7,781 bases of DNA from Paraspadella gotoi (GCA_051294375.1 JBJCIZ010000917.1:9086-16866); one strand, 5' to 3'; positions 1-7,306 are shown, counted from the first letter of the stretch. Program-made: numbers and translations. Notes: a model not told the origin generated them from the letters alone.

Positions 1-548
1 CCAAGGAGATTTAAACCACCTCCTCCTATCCCTACCAAATGTAAATGGCTTGGTGATAGCTTTACCGGAAACCCCGATTTTTCTAATATATTTTTAGAAA
101 CGATATTGACATTACTTCCCGTATCTAACATAATATGTACGGGATCTACATTTTTACTACCAAAAGACATAGGTAAAGATGGACCGGGAATATCGGGTTT
201 TACTAAATATATTGTTTCCCCATCTTTCTCACCGGAATCCTTTGTACAAACACTTGGAGAAGACGTTCGAGATCCCTCGGAGTCGGCTCGGGCTTCGTCT
301 GGGCACGAGGTGAAAGAGATTCCTTGGACAGTTTCTTCCAGCGTCGAAGGCGCCACTAGACTGACGTCGTGACCCGGTCGATGTCCGGTAACGGGCTCCT
401 CCACGACCGATCCCGCTGACGAACGAATGCCAGATCTTCCGTAGACCCGCCCAAGTCCTCTCCGCCTAAACAGATGGCGGAGATTGGTGATTATTGGTCG
501 TCCGAGGAGGGATGTTCTCCTTTCCTTTGAAGTTCCCTCCCTTCTTGC
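1..548 (-). CDS. pol: pol N-terminus: retropepsin-type aspartic protease (partial; absent from the ORF track)
   Basis: Frame open from 548 (after TAG at 551-549) to the window edge: ...VDPVHIMLDTGSNVNIVSKNILEKSGFPVKLSPSHLHLVGIGGGGLNLLG. DTG codons lie at 125-117, followed by a flap-like VGIGG. Confidence 0.88.
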
Positions 549-1249
549 CTATCTTCTTCCTGACGAATCCACTCTTTCTTTCCGTCCCACGAAGTGATTT
601 GAATGGTTGGCGCTTTCCCGGGCGCTTCTCCGGGTGCAGGCGCCAACAGTCGGCCTTCATGTGACCGGTTCTATCGCATCCCCAACACACTGGGTCTGCT
701 TTCCGTGTTGGGGGGTTTGACCCCTTCGTCCCCGCCGGCGCCATTCCAATAGGCGCCACCAATGCTGCTATTCCGAGCGTCTCCATTGAGGCGCAATCTC
801 TACAGCCTCGTCCAGCTGTTTGGGAAATCTCAACCGCATTTGTCGGCCAAGCTCCCCTTTGAGATTGTTCAAGAAAAAGGCCTTGTCCTCTATCTGTCGG
901 CTGGTGTATTCCTGACCATACGCTTTAACGGTCAAGTTTCTCAGCCTGACAGCAAAAGCTGTAAGGCCCTCACCTTCCTCCTTGGAGGCGTTCCACAGTC
1001 GATAGCGTGCCGCCACATCCTGCTCTCGCTCCAAAGTCTGAACAAGATGGTCGCGCACGTCCTCGTACGTTGATGACGGTTCTCTGATGACGAAGTTTAC
1101 GGCCAGGGTCGAGGCCGATCCCTTCAAAAGAGCGACGAACTTTGCTCTCCAGTTTTTTCGTGGAACCTCACAAGCCTGTGCCTCACCCTCAAACGCTGCT
1201 GAGAAGGCGCGAATGGAATCTCCATCAGCATATCGAGGAAAGTCAGGTT
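466..1249 (-). pseudogene. gag: gag (capsid-like domain plus CCHC zinc knuckle), 5'-truncated by the gap, with one frameshift near 792
   Basis: PDFPRYADG...TYEDVRDHL...EGEGLTAFAVRLRNLTVKAY...PKQLDEAVEIA in one frame. One added base near 792 continues into SMETLG...CWGCDRTGHMKADC (knuckle 687-646), with stop TAG at 468-466. Confidence 0.85.
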
Positions 1250-1259
1250 NNNNNNNNNN
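1250..1259. other. Assembly gap (10 N placeholder)
   Basis: Ten consecutive n, with unrelated coding sequence and different base composition on each side. Confidence 0.99.
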
Positions 1260-1670
1260 ATCCCAGGCCTTAAGCAACATTGTCATCCATGCTGTGTAAC
1301 CATGACAGTTGTCTTGAGCCGTTAAAGATTGGTTATTTAATCGTATATCGATATTCTTAAATAAGCTACAAAACGGCGCTTGATTGTAGCCTACACTTGT
1401 CCCCGCCCCTGTAATGGGATCGATGTTTGTCCCGTCGGCCTTAAGGATTTTTACCTTGAGCTTCACGTAAGAATCGCCAAAATCAATAAACTCGTTCATT
1501 GGCTCGCGCTTAAAGACGATCTGCGAAGACTTTGATTCGAGAGGTACTTGAGGCTTCAGTTCTAAAAAATATGCGCTATCATATTGATAATCCACTATAC
1601 TTTTGTCAAACACATTCAACCCTTCATCCACGCAAGCCAGCGCCGAATGCTCCATCAATGCCCCAGCCAT
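1260..1670 (-). CDS. Major capsid protein (double jelly-roll, PY/hexon-like), N-terminal ~135 aa, truncated at the gap
   Basis: MEHSALAC..LNVF, FIDFGDSYVKLKVKILKADGT, SLFKNIDIRLNN and HGYTAWMTMLL match the Polinton MCP N-terminal pattern (YIDL..TYLYVK.KI.K.DG / SLF.QVDV.LN / YPYRAY.E.LL). Expected position after the PW-like gene. Confidence 0.88.
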
Positions 1671-1924
1671 TTTTTTTTAATCAAAAATTGAAAACTTTTT
1701 TTTTTCTTTTTTTTTTTAGCGCTTGAGAGGCTTTTCTTTTTTCCAGCTCTGCAGATACCTTTTTTATTCTTAGTTTTCTTCTTTTTTTTTTTTCCAAAAC
1801 CGTAGAGAGCTTTTTTATTTTTTTAAATTTTTTTCTTCTTATTACTTTTTTTCCTCTTGGCACCGGCACCAATTTTATTAGAGTCTCTTGTAGCATCTAA
1901 CGCTACAAACAACTCGCTAGCTCG

Positions 1925-2314
1925 GCGTGAACCGTTTAGTTATAACGTGAGAGTTTTTAGAAGAAAGAAGGTAGTTTTGAGTTTATTTGTTTAGTCTTTT
2001 ATTACAAGTAGATAATACAAAAAATAAATTTTTTACAGCATGGTGGTCTACGACTTTTCTCTCCTTTACTTTTCACTGCTTACTTCCGCTCTCCCTTTTC
2101 CTTCACCTTTTATATCTTCTCCTCCTTCTATTTCCCTGTCTCTATCTCCTTCTCCTTTCTCTGAAAAAGCGGCGAGCGGTTCTCGGAAAAAGCGGCGAGC
2201 GATTCTCGCGCGACGCGGCTGGCGTCCCGCCTTTTCCTCTTTTTATCTCCGTTCCTCCTTTTGGAACTCCCTCTCTCTCTCAATCTGTTACACTCTACTG
2301 GCAGCAGGCGGGAG
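1925..2314 (-). mobile_element. ~390-bp insertion with a solo-LTR-like core, flanked by a 6-bp direct repeat
   Basis: AGCTCG at 1919-1924 and 2315-2320; removing the insert restores the PW-like frame. Core 2292-1941 reads TGTAAC...GTTATA on the minus strand, with TATAAAAG (2114-2107) and AATAAA (2003-1998, 1987-1982). Confidence 0.6.
2163..2208. repeat. 23-bp tandem duplication
   Basis: gaaaaagcggcgagcgGttctcg (2163-2185) and gaaaaagcggcgagcgAttctcg (2186-2208), one mismatch. Confidence 0.95.
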
Positions 2315-2623
2315 AGCTCGAGCTTTTATAGTATCTCCGGCCTTAGTTAATGCTTCTTTTCCTCTCTCACTCGCTATTTTTTGAATATTTTTAATTGTGT
2401 TTTTACTTCTTTGCGCAATGCTTTGCTTTACATTCTTTCCTTTAGCGACGTCTGCTAAAATCTGACCGCCTGCCCTTATCCCCTTTCCGCCAGGTTCTTA
2501 ATGGCCTTCTTGCCAACGGGGAGCAACGATCTCAAGGCAGGGAGCAAATATGAATTGCTTAGAGATCTAAAGATTGATCCGATTCCAGAACCTCCTTGGT
2601 TTCTTCTGGCCAATCTCAAAGGA

Positions 2624-3541
2624 TTAAAAGGAGGCATTCTCGGGCAGGCCCAGGTAACGTTTTTTAAATATTAATTTAACTCTGACGAATGATGACATAA
2701 AATCCATGAGTTCGCCGTATAAATCTCTTATCTGAATAGTAATCTCTTTAATTGTATTCAATCTAATTGGAATATATTGGGGAAACGGAAAACTTAAAAC
2801 ACTCCGTTCGTTAGGCTTGCCTTGAAGTGGGACCACTCGCAAAATATTAGTCAATATATCTCCGTAAATCACGTCTTGCGAAGCTGAGCAATAAACAGCG
2901 AATGCGTCGATCAATTGAATTTGACTCGGATGCTCAAAATGATCCGAGCCCTCGCAAGCAGTTTCAGGAATGACATGTTTATCTTTGAACACTCTTTTAA
3001 TATTCTTTCCATCAACCACCTCTTGAAACGATTCCCTCTGCTTTGGTGAACCCAATAATGTAAAAGCATCCATTCTTGGGTTAGTCGGGGAAATGAGTCC
3101 CAACAAAATACATAAGTCCCGATTTATCTTTAAATAAAAATAATATTCTTTTTTATAATTAAACCAAAAAAAATTACTTATTGGGTCAAAAGAAAAAATC
3201 TTAATCCCCTTCAGTCTTGGCATATGTTTCCACAGCAGATGATTCAGGGCACTGACAAAATGATCCGATGTATCGTAATAACCCGACTCAATTTCGACTT
3301 CAATCTTTTTTCCATATTGCCCAGGGCTGTTTACTTTATCCTCGGCTAAAAAGTCGAAAAGCTCAAACGTCGATGCTTTAACGTTTCTAATTCCTTTAAC
3401 AAAAGAAATCTCTGACAAGCCTACCCAATAATGTTCATCTAATTAAAGGGGATGTGGCAATCGGTTGACAAAAAATGATCCTTTATTATCCTTAAAAAGA
3501 GAGGTGCAACTATCAGAAAGCACTTCCACTGAGAATTCCAT
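2624..3541 (-). pseudogene. Minor capsid protein (penton, PX-like), ~305 codons with one in-frame TAA at 3445-3443
   Basis: ATG 3541 MEFSVEVLSDSCTSLFKDNKGSFFVNRLPHPL*LDEHYWVGLSEISF is in the same frame as track ORF 2624..3418 and matches the penton start pattern (F...L.S.S....F.DN....F...LP....L...W.V.L.EI). Internal IESGYY; C-terminal VYC...IYGD...ILRVVP...QYIPI...ITIQIRD..G...F...VKLIFKK. Confidence 0.88.
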
Positions 3542-4651
3542 CTTTTTTATTAAATTTTTATATTCTTTTTCACTTAACCAGAGAGAGAGTTCAGGATTCA
3601 AAACAGATTTAACGTTATATTCAGTAACAGCGCCGACTCCAGATTTATTTCTGAGGGTCTTTCCACCAACTTTTCTCGTTTGCCTTAAATAATAGTGAAT
3701 CCCTTTTTGCTCTAAGTCATCACCTTTTAAAACCAGGCTTAGCTCCGGCTCGTAATAAGACCTGAGCTTACCTTCTACTTTATAGGTCACGGGATAAGTT
3801 GATAATTTTTCCCTTACTTCATGTATAGTAGGGCTAAAAGAAGGGTGATAAGAACGATGAAACTTACCTAAGTCGTCTTTAATCACGCGCACGAAGTCTC
3901 CCACTTTAAATTTCGATTTTTTATTTTTATATTTTTCTCTTTTCAGTTTTTCTTGCTTTTTATATTGGCGATGGACGAACTCAATGTTGGCGTCGCAAAA
4001 ATATATCTCGTCAGGACTCAAATTAAATAATGTTGGCGTTGGAGTGGCGTTATAACTGTTCACGATTGGCTGGAGCACGTCAAACCATCTGAGCGTCTTT
4101 CTCGCGGTAAAATACTTATGAATGGCGCCCTCGAGTGTCTGAATAAATCTTTCGCATAACACTGTTTTTAAAGGGCTTCTAGTATGATAAAAGTTTATTA
4201 AATTGTCTTTAAAATAATCTTTTAAGCTGCGAAATTCTTGCCCTTTATCCGACGTGATATTTCTTGGAACTTCCCCCTCCTCTTCAAATATAGAATCAAA
4301 AGCAGCTTTCATATTTTTTGTCGTCTTCCGATGAATAGGGTGACATATGGCGCGGCGAGAAAAAGAGTCCACGCAACAAAGGATAAAATAATATCCCGAA
4401 TTAAATTTAGAAATCTCGATGAGAGAAACAAGATCAACATTCCAAGTATCATTTACATAAATTTTTTTAACAGTTCTCCTTTCAAACTTTATCCTGCGAG
4501 GTTTATGTAAAGAATAAGTAGGCTGATGAAGTAACCATTTTTGCACATCTTTATTAGTAACCTTTTCCCCTTCTTTCTTTAATTCGTTATAAAGAGTCTT
4601 TAAATTAGAATACCTTCCCACTTCACTAGGTTCATAATATTTTTTTGAGAT
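3542..4651 (-). CDS. Retroviral-like DDE integrase with SH3-like region and degenerate chromodomain (middle part of track ORF 3443..5668; boundaries inferred)
   Basis: KKYYEP, YSLHKP, WNVDLV (D1), CVDSFSR, ITSDKGQEF (D2), LCERFIQTL (E, 31 residues after D2), YNAT, FKVGDFVRV, YYEPEL. Confidence 0.93.
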
Positions 4652-4655
4652 TTTA

Positions 4656-5668
4656 TTATAAAAATAATTTTTCCCATTTTTTTCTAATTCTAGATCCGAC
4701 TTAGTAGATCTTGAAGGAGTTTTACTCTTTGATCCTCTTCCTCTTTGTTGCTTTCCTTTTCCACGTTGTTTTCCTTTTCCATGTTGTTTGCTCGCGCTTA
4801 ATTTAAGGTCTGACTCTTCAAAAGATTCATCAGGAGTTATATAACCAGTTTCCAAATTCATTAATCCCCCCTTCGCCCCCTCTTGAGGCGGTGAGACAAA
4901 CGGTAAAGGATCTTTAAAACCCTTAAGGAGAAATCGAGGACTCCCAGCCGCCGCCGCTGCCGCTTGTCTCTTTTCCTTGAAGCCTTCACTTAAAATTTTT
5001 TTAGCTTCGATATTAAAAATAAACTCTTTGGTTTTAGGATCCCCTTCCAATACAGTTCTTAAAAGATCATTGACCGTAAACGTCAAGTTTTTTCTGGCTC
5101 GAATCAAATCGTCGATGATCTCCGCAGGTTGCCCCTGGACAGGATTTCCGTTTACAGTTATTTTTTGAGGAGTTATTACTATATTAGAAAAATTCTGCAG
5201 TCTTCTGAGCAGTCTTAATCCTTTATCGCGCATACTTGGCGCTAATTTTTGAGAAATTAACTGTCCAATATCTTTAGTTACCCTGCGTTTAACCGCTCGA
5301 GCGGTCGAAGTCCTCGCTACTCCAACTGTCGCTGGTCTCGCCCTAACAGCTGCCGGTCTCGCCTCAACAGCTGTCGGTCTCGCCTCACTGGCTGTTACGT
5401 TAGTAACCGGAGTAACCGGAGGAGTTAGCAACATCGATGCGTTGTCAATCAAAGGTCGGCGAATAATAGGATCAATGCGCTCACCCAGCTTACTCCAATT
5501 CTGATTATCTTCATTCTTTTTTAGGGTTTTATCTTCCATAAATTTTTTATTATATTTTTGCATAATAATGCCGGCGTCTCCAGCAGGAACCAAGTCCCCC
5601 TTTTCCTGTTTTAAAAATCTATTATACTGCTCCTCCGTTAACATGTACATTTTTTTAAATGAACTCAT
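4656..5668 (-). CDS. Conserved Polinton hypothetical (PZ-like) protein, ~337 aa; in this sequence read in frame into the integrase
   Basis: Starts MSSFKKMYMLTEEQY, has ITVNGNPVQG...IIDDLIR and a basic QxGxG-rich tail. The -1 frame from the A7 run at 4683-4677 gives KWEKLFL followed by tandem TAA TAA (4658-4653). Confidence 0.65.
5324..5386. repeat. 21-bp coding tandem repeat x3 (EARPTAV/EARPAAV/RARPATV)
   Basis: ggtctcgcc recurs at 5334, 5355 and 5376. Confidence 0.9.
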
Positions 5669-5994
5669 TTTTTTAAAAATAAATATTGAATAAGCGTAGG
5701 TATCAATGCCGAAAGAACACTATTTAATATTAATCCGCTTCCTTTCTGAAGAACTTTGCATCGAGATTTCGTTGTAGGAGTCTTAAGGCATAAAAACTTA
5801 ATGTCCTTTTTATACTTTTTCAATTTTTGGAGAGCTGAGTCTTCTATAAAAATATTTCCTCGGCTTATATTAAATAAAATTTCGCAGATGGTTTTAATGA
5901 CGATGGGATCCGCCTCTTTAATAAATTTTTTTTGTTCCTTACTTGATAGAGAGGCAAGATATTCAAGAATAGGAAAAATTTCTTTTAATTTCAT
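5665..5994 (-). CDS. Conserved small Polinton virion-associated protein (109 aa) with a C-terminal hydrophobic/amphipathic helix
   Basis: ICEILFNISRGNI...LKKYKKDIKFL...LQKGSGLILNSVLSALIPTL resembles the ORF that follows the ATPase in animal Polintons. Its TGA overlaps the next ATG (ATGA at 5668-5665). Confidence 0.8.
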   Translation of the reverse strand: MKLKEIFPILEYLASLSSKEQKKFIKEADPIVIKTICEILFNISRGNIFIEDSALQKLKKYKKDIKFLCLKTPTTKSRCKVLQKGSGLILNSVLSALIPTLIQYLFLKK

Positions 5995-5999
5995 TTTTT

Positions 6000-6683
6000 T
6001 TAAATTTTCTTGTCGTATTTTTCTCCAGGCAAATAAATAACGGGAACGTTCGTCTCAGACGGGAGAATATTCGTGCGGAGGCGACAAGAATGAGAGACCT
6101 GAGGCGAAGAATCAATTAATAAATGGTGAAACGAATCCTTACAAGCATCGTCATAGCTCCCCATAAAAAATGCATACTTATCCGGAAACAATTGTCTGGC
6201 CAAAGTCGAAATTCCCATTCTCTCTCTGACATTTCTCAATAATATGTTAATGTGAGTATTGCGAGAAATTATAGTAAAATTTGGAATATTTCTATAAAAC
6301 AAATCGTGTAATAATATTATTAAAGTAAAACCGCGGTGATGCGATAATTTTGTCATCATCTTTTGCAGCAAAATCGGATCAATGATGCCAATCTGGTCGT
6401 CAAGCACGATTACTGCCTTCTTATCCTTCAAGTTCTCTTCAGAAATAAAACATTCATTAAATCCTTCGATAAAGTTGATGTTATCATTACGAGGTTCGTG
6501 AAACACTTCTTGATCGCAGTCGTAAAAATAATAAATTACATCCGGAATCTCCGTCAATAGTTTATCTGCGTTGCGTAAAAATTCCAGGCAAAAAGTCGTC
6601 TTTCCAACGCCCGAGGCTCCGACTATCGCGATATTGGAGCCAAACGGAATTCTCAGATCGTAACAGTTTTCCTCTAATTCCAT
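6000..6683 (-). CDS. FtsK/A32-like genome packaging ATPase
   Basis: Walker A GASGVGKT, Walker B VIVLDD, SHHR motif, ISRNTH; 227 aa, intact. Confidence 0.94.
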   Translation of the reverse strand: MELEENCYDLRIPFGSNIAIVGASGVGKTTFCLEFLRNADKLLTEIPDVIYYFYDCDQEVFHEPRNDNINFIEGFNECFISEENLKDKKAVIVLDDQIGIIDPILLQKMMTKLSHHRGFTLIILLHDLFYRNIPNFTIISRNTHINILLRNVRERMGISTLARQLFPDKYAFFMGSYDDACKDSFHHLLIDSSPQVSHSCRLRTNILPSETNVPVIYLPGEKYDKKI

Positions 6684-6925
6684 TTCGAATTTAATAAACT
6701 AAAAATCTGTTCTAAATAATATGGGGCAGCTAAAGCTGTTTCGTCGCTCGCGGCGAGGATTTTGCGGCCCTCAGAATCTCTATAGATCAAAAGATTTTTT
6801 ATCGAGTTTAACTTCGTGATCAAATCCTTTAATCCTTGCCCATTGTCTGCACCTTTATTAAAATATTGTATGAAAAGTCCGTCTATAGCATTCGTAAGTT
6901 CTTTTATACTTTCCCCAATAACCAT
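6674..6925 (-). CDS. Hypothetical helical protein (possibly the C-terminal half of a gene starting at 7176)
   Basis: 83-aa ORF co-oriented with the cassette and overlapping the ATPase start by 10 nt. Confidence 0.55.
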   Translation of the reverse strand: MVIGESIKELTNAIDGLFIQYFNKGADNGQGLKDLITKLNSIKNLLIYRDSEGRKILAASDETALAAPYYLEQIFSLLNSKWN

Positions 6926-6933
6926 TTCATTTT

Positions 6934-7176
6934 TTAGAATTTTTTTTCGTTTAGGGTCATGATCTCATTTTGTAAGGTTTGTAGTTTAATATTCGCGTCT
7001 TGATGAATAATCCATTCGTTCAGAGTTAGTTGAGCATTTTTATTTATATATACAGAAAGTTCATTTCTGAGTCGAGCATTTTCGTTTTGCAACAATTTTT
7101 TTTCAAATTCGTGATTATCCATGGGTAAAATTTGCCTCAGTGCTTCGTCTAATTCGATTAAATTATTAGCATCCAT
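6934..7176 (-). CDS. Hypothetical coiled-coil protein
   Basis: 80-aa ORF with Leu/Asn/Glu heptads (LLQNENARLRNEL, LQTLQNEI); first ATG downstream of the TATA box at 7265-7258. Confidence 0.6.
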   Translation of the reverse strand: MDANNLIELDEALRQILPMDNHEFEKKLLQNENARLRNELSVYINKNAQLTLNEWIIHQDANIKLQTLQNEIMTLNEKKF

Positions 7177-7200
7177 GATATTCGTTTCTAGGCTGTGCCC

Positions 7201-7281
7201 AAAAAATATGATAATGAGCGGCGATGAAAAAATATGATAATCCGCGAATTAATCACGCTTTTATAACCCTATTTTATCTGA
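7201..7281 (-). promoter_or_regulatory. Candidate Pol II promoter of the structural cassette
   Basis: TATAAAAG at 7265-7258; perfect 15-bp direct repeat aaaaaatatgataat at 7201-7215 and 7227-7241; intergenic position upstream of ATG 7176. Confidence 0.5.
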
Positions 7282-7306
7282 TTTTTTTTTTTTTTACCTC
7301 GTAACC

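Larger units (their letters stand above)
1..1249 (-). mobile_element. Ty3/Gypsy-like LTR retrotransposon, internal gag-protease portion (runs off the left edge; 5' end lost in the N gap)
   Basis: Retrotransposon Gag-like helical region, CX2CX4HX4C knuckle, then retropepsin motif LDTGS. Bases ~240-1249 are visibly more GC-rich than the Polinton part. Superfamily assignment is from Gag/protease style only because RT and IN are not visible. Confidence 0.85.
1677..2637 (-). pseudogene. PW/core-like (amphipathic N-terminus, Lys-rich tail) protein, ~190 aa when reconstructed; disrupted
   Basis: ATG 2637: MPPFNPLRLARRNQGGSGIGSIFRSLSNSYLLPALRSLLPVGKKAIKNLAE, frameshift ~2483, GIRAGGQILADVAKGKNVKQSIAQR...DTIKARA, insertion 2314-1925, SELFVALDATRDSNKIGAGAKRKKSNKKKKI*(1825-1823)KNKKALYGFGKKKKKK..., frameshift ~1700, FSIFD* (TAA 1679-1677). 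G.GIGSIF..L and DV..GKN.K are typical of the gene between penton and MCP. Confidence 0.8.

Noticed and set aside
768-1670. 300-aa ORF as a real capsid-Gag fusion protein
   Set aside because: Frame continuity depends on a 10-N placeholder of arbitrary length, and the two halves belong to different element classes.
1681-1896. 71-aa Lys/Arg-rich ORF as a standalone protamine-like gene
   Set aside because: More likely a shadow frame of the A-rich PW-like tail. The neighbouring frame carries IGAG/YGFG motifs and joins the upstream part after insert removal. Not fully excluded.
2293-2314. TGGCAGCAGGCGGGAG as a tRNA primer-binding site after GTTACA
   Set aside because: Only loosely PBS-like, I cannot match it to a specific tRNA 3' end, and its orientation conflicts with the minus-strand TATA/AATAAA order.
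1987-2384. Plus-strand Leu/Ser/Phe-rich 114-aa ORFs
   Set aside because: By-products of a pyrimidine-rich strand within the insertion; antisense to the cassette, with no motifs.
1823-3445. Alternative genetic code (TAA/TAG = Gln) to explain in-frame TAA codons
   Set aside because: The 741-codon and 227-codon AT-rich ORFs contain no internal TAA/TAG, and TAA terminates the ATPase and penton at the expected places.
2163-5386. Short repeats as a CRISPR-like array
   Set aside because: They are adjacent tandem copies (2-3 units) without unique spacers, in a eukaryotic mobile-element context.
106-6560. Remaining plus-strand ORFs (106, 762, 1087, 1532, 3465, 4238, 4977, 5756, 6363)
   Set aside because: All are antisense to well-supported minus-strand genes and lack recognisable motifs.
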